Shown here piece by piece: positions 1 to 12,361 of a stretch of DNA of 64,000 bases. The notes beneath the pieces were generated by a model. The model saw only the letters and a list, made by a program, of their open reading frames with translations. It made no database searches and had not been told where the DNA came from. Position 1 is the stretch's first letter. Each line of letters starts with the position of its first letter. The position numbers and the translations under genes were made by a program. The stretch comes from Camelus ferus. Its lineage: Eukaryota. The stretch lies in the NCBI RefSeq assembly GCF_009834535.1, contig NC_045696.1:102984001-103048000 (forward strand). Reading direction: 5' to 3'.

Positions 1-399
1 GAGTCCTCAGGCTTATACACAAGGTGAGTCTCACCCCCTAGGTCAAGAGTCATCTCCTGGATGACTACCAACTCTCCTCCAGCACCCCAGCTCCACCCCA
101 CAAAAGACGGTGGGAGCAGGACAGAATTAGCTTTATGGTGCACCCAGAGAAAGAGCTGCTGTCTCCGCCTCCAGGAATGCTTCAAGGGTAAAGGAGAAAA
201 AGACAAAGTGGAATAATTTTAAAAACAAAACCCAGAAAGATTCATCACTGTTTTGTTTGTTATTAAAGTCTGGCTCACAGAATGTTGGGAGTGTCACCAG
301 CTAAAATCTGTGGCCATTCTAAGCATCTGCTGGGGTTACCACAGATAAAGCCTTGCATTTTCTTAAGCTATTACGTTATTTGAGCTCTCAGTGCCTGAA

Positions 400-640
400 G
401 TCAGTAGGGCCCTTCCATCTAAGCTCAGCTCAGCCACTTATATCAACAAGTGACCTCAGAAATGTGCTTTTATCTATGTCTCAGTTTTCTCAGCCGTAAA
501 ATGGGAATAATAATTGCACCAATCTCATAGGATGGTTTGGAGAGACTTCAACATATTGCTTGTAAAGTGTTCGGTACAGTGTCTGGTCCATGGAAAACAT
601 TCTATTAATACTAGTTACTAATATTACTATCATTATTTTG
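400..640 (+). repeat. MIR SINE
   Basis: MIR core tctcagttttctcagccgtaaaatgggaataataat. Confidence 0.75.
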
Positions 641-2820
641 AGGAACTTACATAATATAGTTATTTTACACAGAGTTGTGGTATATTAATCTGGAATTTAA
701 TATCTGGGCGTTTTTTTAAGTGTATGAGACATTAACTACAATGTACTGCCTGATTTTGTATTTGGATGTCCAATTAACTGTGACTAATGTAATGATTATA
801 AAAAGGTAATCCCTCTATACTTGGCCACCACCCCCTGCCAGGTAATCATCTCTCAAGCTGTATTTCCCCTCAACTGCTATCTCTTCTTGGCTCTTAAAAG
901 AACAAGCATCACTGCCAGGTGAAGACGGTGATCAACTACAGCGTGAATGTCAACAGGAAGGATGTGTGCCATACAACAGCTCCCTCGATGCGATGTGCAG
1001 CTCAATGAAAAGGCTGTGTTTTGATTTGCAAAATGGCTATTTGCAACATCTGTTCCAAGTAAACAAATATTGTAAGCGACTTCTTGAACTTGGATTCTGG
1101 TTTCGGAAGCACTACTTTCTGTCTTGTTTCTACAGGTGATGAGACTGATCACAGTTCTCTCACTCTAAAACTTACCCCAAATTCCTGGGTCATAAACACC
1201 ACGGCTATTGCTCACCACCTCCCGAAAGCGTAGACTGTCTTTCCCAAATACTCTCTCAGTCCAAGGACCCTGGGTCCATCCGTTTGGATATTCTGCCCCT
1301 GACAAGCTAACCTCTCATGTCCTTTCCAGATGCCTCCTCGACTGCACTGTATGCAGATTCCCAGGTCTGCAGCCTTGCCCACCCTCATTCTGTGTAATCA
1401 ACCTTGAATTGGCCAGTCATCCCCTGTGTCTCTTCTCTTCCAGTGACACAGATGTCCTCCCATTGGCCATCAAGTTTCCCTCTTTCGATTAGGTCTCAGA
1501 GGGCTTTTGAACTACAGAACATCTCCAACTGGACCGTCCTGCTGCCAACTCAAATTAATCTTGGGGCTGGTAACTTTGAAAAGTTAGGGTTAATGAAAAG
1601 AGCTTGGGGCTAGTGGTGATAAAACTTGAGCAGAGCCTCTGGCTTCACCACTAACTAGTGTTATCTCAGTTCCTTCTCTACATAATGAGGGGGTGGTCTG
1701 GATAAACTGCTGCCTTACAGCCCTAAGGTCCAAAATGCTCATCCTCCCCATGTCAAGATACATTTGTTTGTTTATTTGTTCATGGCATAACTATTGAGTA
1801 TCAAATACTGCAAAGCTATGAGAGATTAAAGATCATTCCCCAAAAAGCTTGCCATCTAGAATGAGAAATGAGACAACCACATCGACAACTGTAAGAAACA
1901 AGAGATTCTGTCACAACTGGAGGTGTTTACAAAATAAAAAGAACAGTACATGACCAGCACGTCAAACCTGAAACGAAAAGAATTTTCAAAATGTCTTTCC
2001 TCCTCCACATCGAGTTTTTTTACCAAATGCTTTTCCCTTTACATCATTTCTTAAATCTGTGCTCTCCACTCTGCACTTAGAATCACATGCTTAAATCCAG
2101 GCCCTAGGCAACTCTCCTCTGCTCCGATTTGACCCCTGTCTCCAGAACTGCCGCAAATGGTTTGTGATTCCTCATGAAGATATGAGAATCATCTCATCAG
2201 GCTGGTTTAGCTTGGCCACTATCTTGCTATATAGCTCTAAGGTGGCCTCTCTCATTTTACGGAGCACCCACATCAATACTATTTACAAAGTTGTCCTTAC
2301 TTCACATCCTCCCTCCCACAATCAGTACTGAGAACATTATTTGTGCTTAGTTCTGGGTGGGATGTCTAAGTCACAGGCAATCAGAAATTCCAAGAGTTTA
2401 CACTCACTGGTCAGGAAGTTGGGATATGTACTAAAATTCAACAACCCGGGATACTAAAGATGAGGGGGATACTAGCACAGACAACAATAATGAACGTTAA
2501 GAGGGCTCAGAAGAGGGAGAGTTACTTTCTAGCCGCAGTGATCAAGGAAGCCTTCTAGGAAGAGGTCAAACCTGAGCCACACCTGCGAGCATGTGCAGAA
2601 CTTCAACAGGGAGGGAGGCAAACAGGGGCCAAGGGTCCAGCATGACTAAGGTAAGGAAGGAGGGCGGTTTCAAGACCAGGAAATTGTTAGGTGGGGCTTG
2701 TGTGAGAGGGTACTTTTTGAAAGCTCCAAAGCTGCTAGCAAGCTTAGTAGCAGGAATAACTAATTTTCTGTTTAAGCCAGACCACAAAGTATAGGAGGCA
2801 GAGGAGAATAAGAAAGTTTA

Positions 2821-3100
2821 TCACAGACATAGAAAACAAACTTATGGCTACCAAAGGGAGAAGGGGTGGGGAGGGATAAACTTGGAATTCGGGATTAACA
2901 GATACACACTACTATACATAAAGAATAAACAAGGTCCTACTGTATAGCACAGAGAACTATATTCAGAACCTTAATAGCCTATAATGAAAAAGAATCTGAA
3001 ACAGAATACATATTTATATAAATATGTATACCTGAATCACTTTGCTGTACACCTGAAACATTGTAAATCAATTATACTTCAACTAAAAATAAAAATAAAG
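2821..3100 (+). mobile_element. 5'-truncated L1, 3'UTR of cetartiodactyl type
   Basis: tcacagacatagaaaacaaacttatgg...gtcctactgtatagcacag...cattgtaaatcaattatacttca plus A-rich tail; TSD AGAAAGTTTA at 2811-2820 and 3101-3110. Confidence 0.88.
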
Positions 3101-4139
3101 AGAAAGTTTAATAATCTAACCAAACTGAGGAAAGTACCAGCAGGGGGATGGTAAAAAGAGCCCTAAAATCAGAAAACCTGGGTCCCAGGCCCAGCTTTGC
3201 CAAGGGGCTTTAGCAGCCACAGCAAGTCATTTAACCTTGTTGGTTTCGGTTTTCTCATTTGTAAACTGAAGCAGCTGAACTGGCTGACCTCGAAGGTCTC
3301 TACAGTCCAAAACTAAACCAACTGTATATTATTTCTGCCATTAAAACCTTTATCTTGGGGGCGGGGGTGTGGAGGGAAAGGCAGGTATCTATATCCCCTT
3401 TCCATATAGGCTTCTCCTGAACTAAAAATTTTCCCCCTACACTTACTAATTTTATGCATATGCCTCACACATCATAAATTTAACACTTAAAGAATGTTCA
3501 GTATGTGCCCCCAAATTTTGTTGATGGCTTACAGGTTATTTAAGACATGTGTGCAGCACAGCCTTAACTTCCTACTAGTGTATCCAATACCACAGCCCCA
3601 GGGTAAAATGTCTCTGGGCGACCCATAAAATGTGACAGGGTAAATAAAGGGGAGAAAAGTGAGAACTCTGCCACTCATCTAAAAGACCGCTTCCTTTTAA
3701 TAGTACCAAAGCCTGAAATAACAGTAATGTAGAAAAGTAAAGCGGAATTTTTTTTTTAATTTTAGAAAGTCTTACTTAAAAATGCAGCTTAAATGAGGAA
3801 AGTTTTTGGCACTGAAATGCGCTGAAAGTTGGCATTATTTATGCCGCATCCAGAGGCCCCCCTGCTCCAGGAAAGGCACCAAAACCAGAAACCACGGATG
3901 CGATTTCACTCCAGCCCTATTGATCCTGTGTACAAAAAGGCCAAAGGCAAATAAACCGGTCACAGAATTCAAGCGAAACAGGCTGGATCAGAAAGCCTCA
4001 CCGGCAGCACACCCCAACCCCCCAAAGTTTAAATGAGAGAAAGGAAAACAGAAAAGTTAACAGAATGCCTAATTTCATGCAGAGAATCATAATGCAGTTC
4101 TCAGGCTTACTGTGTAAGCAGCATAAATACACGAGTTAA

Positions 4140-4560
4140 CACCTGCCCGCACTACGTGCTGCCCGGACTGGGCAGGACGCGCCGGGGAGCCGCCTCCCCA
4201 GCCAGGGAAACCGGAGAGACTCCTCTGGAGCCGCTGCGCGCGCCAGCGACAAAGTAAAGCCTTGTATTCTGCCAGGCTTCTTCTCGGACCCCACCGCCGC
4301 GCCGCGCCGCGCCGCGTCGCGTACCTGCCGCAGCCGTCCCGCCGTCGAGCCCGCACTCCCGCTCAGGATCCAGGCGCCCGCGGTCCACTCTGCAGCTACC
4401 TCTCGGCGCCCGCCTAGCTGCGGCGCTCGCGCCACTACGCATGCCCGGCCGGCATCCGGGTCAACAAACTCCGAATCCACTTGCCGGGTTTTGGCTGCGA
4501 CTACCAAGGGAAAGGACCAGAAGCCGAGAGCTGAAGTGGAGCTGCAGGTGATGGGCACTG
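4140..4560 (-). promoter_or_regulatory. PLS1: CpG-island promoter and non-coding first exon of a divergent gene, probably PLS1 (plastin 1)
   Basis: CpG island about 10.7 kb upstream of the ATR ATG, with a minus-strand donor cggcag|gtacgc (exon end at 4325). PLS1 is the recalled head-to-head neighbour of ATR in mammals. No PLS1 coding sequence is in the window, so the identity rests on synteny only. Confidence 0.65.
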
Positions 4561-4646
4561 CGACAGCCTACTGCCCACAGCTACCCAGGACGCACCTTCC
4601 TCCATGCCTAAAGATGACCGTGTACACAATTGGAATGATCTTAGCA

Positions 4647-4829
4647 CAGTGGTTCTCAAACTTGAGTGTGGATGAGAAACACCTGGAGAGCTTGTTGAAT
4701 CACAGATCCCACGCTCAAGAGTTCGGATGAAATGTAGATCTAGGGTGAGGCGCGACTATTTGCATTTCTAATATTTTCCCAAGGGAAACTGGTGCTACTA
4801 ATACGGATGCCACACTTGGCGAACCACTG
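4647..4829. mobile_element. MER5A-like hAT-Charlie MITE
   Basis: 183 bp with terminal inverted repeats CAGTGGTTC / GAACCACTG; internal cacctggagagcttgtt. Confidence 0.8.
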
Positions 4830-5429
4830 GCCATGAGAAAAGATATATATTTGGTATAAAAAGAACAAAGTTTTCTCTCTCCTTCCCCCCTTTTTGGGGG
4901 ATTTCTCATAACACTTCATTTCACAGCCACACCCGCTTAAAAAATGAATGACTACAGCTCACACTCAAAGGTGGGCTATTTCCTCCAGCATGTGAGTCAA
5001 GCAAATGGAATGCAACCACAAGAGTTCTCACATAGTTTGCATGTAGCATAACCTATAGTTGTGGTTTCTCCGCTCTGTCCAGGCAATAGGAGGGGTCCTT
5101 ATTTTGCTGCCCTTTTAACTCAAGTCCTGTGTGGCCCCTTAGCACCTAGCACAGTACTGAATACAAAACAGGTACCGAAGAAATCCTGAGATGGTTTAAG
5201 TAGGGCTGGACAGATGAAGAACAAGGATGTTGAAATTATTTTAGGAACCCAAAGGAATTGATAAGTAATTAAATATGGAAGTATGTGGGCTAAGGCTGAG
5301 GAGGATAAGAGTTTCTCCCTGCCTTCCACCTAGAGAAATCAGTGGATTTAGTATCCTTATCTGAGTCCACATATACAGGAGGAGTTGTAAGTTCTCACAA
5401 TATATTCCTTTAAAAGTGAGAGACACATC

Positions 5430-5950
5430 TGCCATATAACCCAGCCACTCCACTCATAGGTATTACCCAAGAGAAATTAAAACATACATACACAAAAAGA
5501 CTTGAATATAAATGTTCACAGCAGCTTTTTTTTTCACAATAGCCCCAAATCAGAAGGAACCCAAAAGCCCATCAACAGGTGAAATAATAAATTGTGGTAC
5601 ATTTATGCAATGGAATAATAATCAGCCAAAAAAAAAAAAAAAGAGGAAAGAATTACTCATAGGCTTAATCATTATGATGAATAGAAGAGGTCAGAGACAA
5701 AGGTGTGATTCCATTTATATAAAGTTCAAACTAATCTAAAATGAGAAAAAACAAATCAGTAATTGCCTGGAGCCAGGGGTGGAGGGAGGGGTGGCCTGTA
5801 AAGGGGCAGTAAAAATCTTTTGGGTATGATGGAAAGTAAATCTTGTTTTGATTGTAGTGGAGATTTCACAGGCATATACAACTGTTGAAATTAAATTGTA
5901 TGCTTTAAATTTATGAAATTTATTTTATATAAATTATTTCCCAATAAGGA
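5430..5950 (+). mobile_element. Old L1M 3' fragment
   Basis: cccagccactccactcataggtattacccaagagaaattaaaacat...aatgttcacagcagc... is typical of the L1M ORF2 end and 3'UTR. Confidence 0.75.
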
Positions 5951-6063
5951 TAAAGAATAATTAATCAAATACTCCTATGGGCTCTTTATTTAATGGGAAT
6001 GTTGACCAAGATAAGTTTATGAGGAAGTGTAGACTCTATGGTGTAACTTGATTTGGAGTAAAG

Positions 6064-6065
<2 letters not shown>

Positions 6066-6094
<29 letters not shown>
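6066..6094 (+). repeat. Poly(A)29
   Basis: Read directly from the sequence. Confidence 0.9.
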
Positions 6095-6097
<3 letters not shown>

Positions 6098-6519
6098 CCC
6101 TCTGTAGAGGAAGCTAAAAATAACCAGTATAAAATGTTTAGAACAACTCATCTCTAAAAGTAACCAACTCCCAAATGTAATTTGTAAATCTATTGTTGAT
6201 AAAACTGAAGTTTTTCACAGAAGTACTTCCCAAAGGTAAAACAAAAACTAGAGTATATAATTAGAAATGCATAACCAATGCATAATAATGATGAAGAAAA
6301 AATTGTTATTTGCAAAACTGATTATATATCTACCAATGAGAAATAAGGTCTTCAAACTGTGTTTCCAGGAGCCTGGAGTGTCATGGAGATGATAAACAAG
6401 CAGAGCTCTGGGTCAAGGACTCCAGGCCACATAGCACACTATTACTTCTATATTGGGGTATCCTCTGAGATTTTATTTGATAAAACGTTTCCACTGATAA
6501 TTAAAAGAGTAATAGTTTA

Positions 6520-6613
6520 GGATGTGGGGGTATAGCTCACTGGTAGACCATGTGCTTAGCATGCAGGAGGTCCTTGATTCAATCCCCAGCACCACCATTA
6601 AAAAAGGGGGAAA
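6520..6613 (+). mobile_element. tRNA-Ala-derived SINE (camelid vic-1-like)
   Basis: GGGGGTATAGCTCACTGGTAGA...CTTAGCATGC...TTCAATCCCCAGCACCACCA resembles tRNA-Ala(AGC); A-rich tail; perfect 17-bp TSD AAAAGAGTAATAGTTTA (6503-6519 and 6614-6630). Confidence 0.88.
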
Positions 6614-7540
6614 AAAAGAGTAATAGTTTAAAGCAATGGAAGTAATGGCTTTAGATTGGAGAAATTCACAGAGGAAAAAAGCTGTATTTGGTTGGCACAA
6701 GTATTCTGGTCATCAAAAATATATGGGCTAGTTATAGCAACCATATAATTTCACTATTTTCCAGAACAGTCTCAATTTTAAATACGTGTTTATCACATGA
6801 ATTTATGCTCAATCATGTGTTCCAACTGTTGGTTGAAAAAATAAAATCACCAACTTGAATGGAAATAGGATAATTTTCTGGCTTTTCTATACCTTACATA
6901 AAATATTGTAATATAATATTATTAATAAAAATAATATTAATAACAACATAGCTCAGTTATTGTGCTCCTACTATATCCCACTCCCTATTTTAAGCACTTT
7001 ACAACGTTTCCTCGTAGAATAGCCATGACAATCCTATTAAGCTGACCTCATAGGTTAGAAAACTGAGGCACAAAATATTTTTTTCATAATAACATAATCA
7101 AATAAAGACTAAATAAAAACTAAATTGTATATATGTGCATATACGTATATGGATATAAATGTATTTTATACAAACAGTCTTTGCTGATTTCACAATTCCC
7201 AGTAATCCTTCTGGATTATTCATCTGTTTTCCCAGGCTCAGTGACACTGGGAAGGAGACCATCAGGAGCAGAACTCCAGTGTCACCACCATTATCAGCTT
7301 CACCACCATCTCTAATGTCTATTCCATGTTATCTACATGCTAAACTGCTGTGCCAAGAACTTCATGTTCTTTATCTCATTTAATGCTCACAAGGACAAAA
7401 GTAAAGATTCAGAAATTTTAGGTAACAGAGAGGAGTGAATGAATGGTGAGCTAGGATTCCAATTCAAATCCAACTCCAAATGTGTCTTATTCATCACAAG
7501 TAGTCCCTGCAAATTTATAATACATCCCATATCCTAAGCC

Positions 7541-7573
<33 letters not shown>
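7541..7573 (+). repeat. (AAC)11 microsatellite
   Basis: Read directly from the sequence. Confidence 0.95.
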
Positions 7574-7575
<2 letters not shown>

Positions 7576-9219
7576 AAAACCAAGTCTTTTGGGTTATAAA
7601 GTAAGTTTTTGTGAACATGGTTAGTGTTAGTTCCCAGAGCCTGATGTTTTCTAAAATGCTTATAACCACAACATCCAGCTGCCACCCAGCCCTGATCCTG
7701 ATCCTGAAATCAGCTGCTACCTATGAGCACCAATTTACCTCCCATTTCAGGAAAAGTTGGAGCATTTTGAATGACACTGGGTAATACCAGGAAGTATGGT
7801 GGGAACATTTTTACTTTATTTGGCCTTTTTTTTTTTTTCCAGAATAAAGGGAATAGAGAAGAATATAGGTTAAAAAGGCTAAGATTCAGTTTAACTCTAG
7901 CTTTACTTTTTACATCATTTGGAGGAGAAAAGAATAATCTGAGACATAAGACAAAATTATGCAAAAACCTCTCTCTCACACACACGCGCACACACACATG
8001 CATACATTATTTAATGGAGATTGGATCAAAATAGCTAACCAAACACATGCACCTATACCCTACCTACCACATAAAATTTCAGGAAATATCTACCAATGAG
8101 AAATAAGATGAAAAATAATAGAGAAGATACCTTTAAAAACTTAAAAAAAAATCCTAGGAAAACAAGAAAACCTGCCATCAACAAACCAGAAATGTTGAGA
8201 AAAAACAGAATACAGAGAGGATCACACCTCAGGGAAAGAAAAGGGAAGGAACGTTGAGCTCAAATCATATGGAAGAGGAGGTGAAGGCAAAGGGTGAAGC
8301 AGCGGGAGGGGTGTGCAAGCTCAGCTCAGCTTAACAGACGAACAGTTGGAAGAAGGACACTGAGGTGCTGGTCGGAGAGAGTAGCTGGGGAAAGAGGTTT
8401 GAGTAGCTAAGCTAGTCAACAACTTTCTCCTCCCCAGCTGGTCCAAATTGTGACCCAGGTAGCTACAGACTTCCAGGAAGAACACGAGTTTCCCACACCT
8501 TGAGGGTGAGCTACCAACACAGCCAGGCCTCTGGAGTACTGTTCCTCAACTAAAACTGGAAGAGGATGTCCCCAGTGAATAAAAAGGTAAAATGCACAGA
8601 GATTCTAAAACACAAAATTGAACAGATAACTAAACACTGTATCATCCATTTGAAAAAAAAATCACTATAAGAGAAGCACCATTTCTATAATTACCATGAG
8701 ATAAAACAGAGCTAGACAACAATCAGAAGACATCTGAAAAGGACAATGGATACCTTCAGTGAAACATGAGAAGATGTTGCAAGTACAGAAATTTTAACTA
8801 GAGAGTTGGGAATTTAAAACTTTGATGATTGAGATAAAGAATGAATTGGATGATCCAGGTTTCAGAACAGACACAGATGATGACCAGTTAGGAACTGGAA
8901 GATCAAGCTGAGGAATTATTGCAGTATGAAGTCAGCCTGAAAGGCACTGGGGGGAAAGTGGCTTTAGTGAAGAGAAGGATGATCTGGGGCAGTTTCCTTC
9001 ATTCTCTATCCTCTCTCCACACCTTGCCCATCTTCAGTTGAAAAAACTAAACCCATGGACAACATTAACTGAAATAGATGGGAAACAGGAAAACAGCTGT
9101 GGAGTGTGACAGAGACTGACTGTCCCCAAATTTCTTTTCATCTATGATGTATTTATGAAGACGATGACACACCAAAATAATGGGAAAATGATAGACTAGT
9201 CAGTTACATACTAACAGAC

Positions 9220-9560
9220 ACTGTGGATTGCCCCAACTCCCTTCTTGGATGCCTTCCTGGAAAGCCAAGAACTACATTTCCAAGATTTACTTGTAGATAG
9301 GGTTCCAAACATGACTTAGGTTCCACCAAGTCATGTAAGACTTTGGTTAAAATTGAATTGCATGAGGAGACAGAGAAGGCATGATCCTCTTGTGGCAGCT
9401 TCCTGGTCCTTTCAGAGTTAGCAACTGTCTTCACAGGTAATTTGGGTAGTTTTGGGAGTCTCATGATGAAGTCCATTTCTCCCAATGACTCTGTATATTA
9501 TCAATATCTTTTAACAAACCTCTTTATTCTTAAACTAGCAAAAGGGGCTTCAATAGTGAC
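9220..9560 (+). mobile_element. ERVL LTR remnant (LTR16/LTR33-like)
   Basis: gaactacatttcca...catgacttaggttccacca and terminal ttaacaaacctctttattcttaaactagc; family assigned from recall. Confidence 0.5.
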
Positions 9561-9569
9561 AAATGCTGG

Positions 9570-10000
9570 TCCATCTGGGAAATATGTTGTCTTACTAAAA
9601 AATGATCAGTAAAATAAATGAGAAAATGAATATTAGGAAACTGAAGTACAAAAATCTTAGTAAAAAGTACAAAAAAACACATTTAACTTTGGGATTAACC
9701 TTCCTAAGCAAGACCCAAAACCCAGAAGCCATAAGGGAAGATATGGACAGATTTGATACAATAAAAATTAAAATTTCTGTATGATAAGAACCAACTGACA
9801 AAGAGAAAATATTCTCAGAAAAAGATTAATATCCATAATATATTAAAATACTCCTATAAATAAATAAAAAGATACAACCAAAATAAAACTGATAAAGTCC
9901 TGAGTAGTCAATTTACAATAAAAGAAATCCAAATGATTAATAGACATACAAGTAGATGCTTAAACTTGCTGGTAAGTAGACAAATGCCTATAAATATATG
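9570..10000 (+). mobile_element. Degenerate L1ME-like fragment
   Basis: ccttcctaagcaagacccaaaacccagaagccataagggaagatatggacagatttgatacaataaaaattaaaatttctgtatg. Confidence 0.6.
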
Positions 10001-10047
10001 CCTTACTCCAAAACCAATCAACCAGAATCTCTGGAAATGCTCAGATT

Positions 10048-11115
10048 CTTTTTATTTTTTATTTTTTTCTTCCAGTTTTATTGAGATATAATTGACATTC
10101 AACACCATATAAGCTTGATATACAGCATAATGATTTAACTTACATATATCATGAAATGTTTATTATAAGATGTTTAGTGAACATCCATCATCTCATATAG
10201 ATATAAAATCCCTATTAAAGAATTAGGAAAAAACTTTTCTTGTGATGAGAACTCTTAGGATTTGCTCTCTTAACAACTTTCATATATAACATAGAACACT
10301 GGATTCTGTTGATCCTTATTTTGTGGTTGGCTTTATTTCTTTGATAACTATGTAAGTTTAAAAAGCTAAAGCCCTAAACTGTTCTTAGGAACAATGAACA
10401 GTACATATATGTAAATTTTAAAAAATATGTGCAGTATATTGTCTATATTATTTACACGCAATATATTGTATATATGCAGTCAAATTGTAACAATTCTACT
10501 CAATAAAGCTTAAAAATGAAAAAAGAATAATTATGAGTTAGATGGATTCACCAAAAAAATAAGAGAAGTTATTTATGTTTATCATGTTGTCCATTACAGC
10601 CCTAGTACTTATTTATCTTATTACTGAAACTTTGTACCTTTTGACCACCTTCATTCAATTCCTCCTTCCTCCCCGCTCCTCCTCTGGTAACCACAAATCT
10701 GATCTCTTTTTCTGTGTTTGCTTATTTTTGAAGTATAACCGATCAGCAGATGGGTCTGACCCAGACTCTTTTCAAATTATTTCTTCTGCCCTGGGTCCTG
10801 GAGTGTGTGAGATTTTGTGGGCACCCTTTGAGAGTAGTTTCCCCCAGCCCTCTGGCTTTCCTGCAAGTAAGCCCCAGTGGCCTTCAAAGCCAAACTTTCT
10901 GGGGGCTTGCTTCCCAATACAGGACCCCCAGGCTGGGGAGCCCGATGTGGGGCTCAGATTCCTCACTCCTTGGGGACAGCTTCTGCAGTTATGATTATCC
11001 TCCATTTGTGGACTGCCCACCTGGGTCTTGACTACCGTGTTTCTGCCCCTCCTACCTGTCTCGTTGTGGTTCCTTCTTTATTTCTTTAGTTGTAGAAGAT
11101 CTTTTCTGCTAGTCT
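10048..11115 (-). mobile_element. Composite L1 remnant: 3'UTR (interrupted at about 10298-10567) joined to a GC-rich 5'UTR-like segment
   Basis: 10070-10297 and 10568-10738 align by eye with the L1 copy at 51635-51965; 10740-11115 resembles an L1M 5'UTR (from recall). Confidence 0.65.
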
Positions 11116-11119
11116 AAAA

Positions 11120-11305
11120 TAGTGCTAACTCCAGGTGTGGCCCATGGACAAGCATCATCAGCATTACCTAGGAGCTTACTAAAATGCAAACTATTAAGTT
11201 CCCTTTCAGACCCAGTGAATCATAATCTCTGGGGCTGGGGCTCAGGAATCTAGTTTAATAAGCCCTTCAGGTGATTCTGATGCATGCTCAGATTTGAGAA
11301 CTCAG
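11120..11305. mobile_element. MER5A-like hAT-Charlie MITE
   Basis: gcatcatcagcattacctaggagcttactaaaatgcaa...caggtgattctgatgcatgctcagatttgagaac. Confidence 0.75.
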
Positions 11306-12361
11306 AAACCTCTCTCTTTGAGCTTTATTTACATTACAGAGCTACTGGGAGGATAAAGAGCCAGATGAAAGGAATTTGAGGAAAGTAAAAATAGTGGTTG
11401 CAAATGCAAATACCATTTGAACAAGTCTGATATAATCTTAGGGTCATACTTGGGGCCTTAGTAATGTAAAGGCCAATAATTCATTACTGAGATAGAAATC
11501 TCCTGGAAATATGGGAAAAGCAATCCATGTCATTTCTGAATTGTCTCCAAATACAATGGAGTCCTAGTCCTATAATACAGCCTTGGTAAATGTGAACCTG
11601 CCTCACGGATAGGAAGACAGATTTACTTTTAAGTTCCTTAAATATTTTAAGTTCCTCTATAAAAAACTAGGTGTTTTGTTTTGTTTTTTTCTGTAATGGG
11701 CTTTTTCAGTGTTTCTGCTAAATGGGTTTAACAGAATTAAATCAACCCATTAGTGCAGTTTGGCTATACAGGATTATTTGTTCTGCTTTATTATGTTTCA
11801 GAATATTGACTTGTGGTTTTGTTGGTCTGTTATTTGAGGCTATCCAGTGAAAACCAACAGACATGTGCCCCTTTGTACACATTAATCTGTAACGATATTC
11901 AATATGTAGTCAAGCTATTAAAGCAGGGGAATGGCATGATCATATTTGAGTCTTGTAAAAGTGCTCCATCTGCTGTGTGAAACAACTCCACACAACATCG
12001 GCATCATCTAGGAGCAAAGTGTTTTTAATTATTAAACATGAAAATTATTAAATAATTTTAAAACTTTGAAATTATTTTAAAATGAAAGTTATTAAAATTA
12101 TTTAAAATACAAATTATTGTATGTATGTGTATGTACCAAGGAGGTGTATATTGAAGACCACTCAGGTGTAGAAAGGAACTTGTAAAATTGTTTATATTTT
12201 TTTCATTTCTTTAAGATTTGTATTTTAGTGTATACAATAAAATCCTGACAAAATGGAGTTTTAAAAAAAATTCAATGCATTATTATTGAACTTGCAGAGC
12301 TAGGCAGCCAGGAATTCCGGCATCTGACTAAACCAAGTCCATCTTCGTCTCATTTCGGTTA

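Noticed and set aside
1165..1180. Strong minus-strand donor-like GGG|GTAAGT as an extra PLS1 5'UTR exon
   Set aside because: No supportable partner acceptor; isolated consensus donors are frequent in introns.
4087..4558. Several minus-strand ORFs (89-140 aa) in the upstream CpG island
   Set aside because: Same GC-content artefact. None resembles plastin, and they run through the putative splice donor.
6526..6598. Possible tRNA-Ala gene
   Set aside because: Mismatches in the D and T arms, plus an A tail and a 17-bp TSD, indicate a SINE insertion.
10575..11089. Cluster of 70-139 aa ORFs
   Set aside because: They lie entirely within an L1-derived remnant and resemble no known protein.
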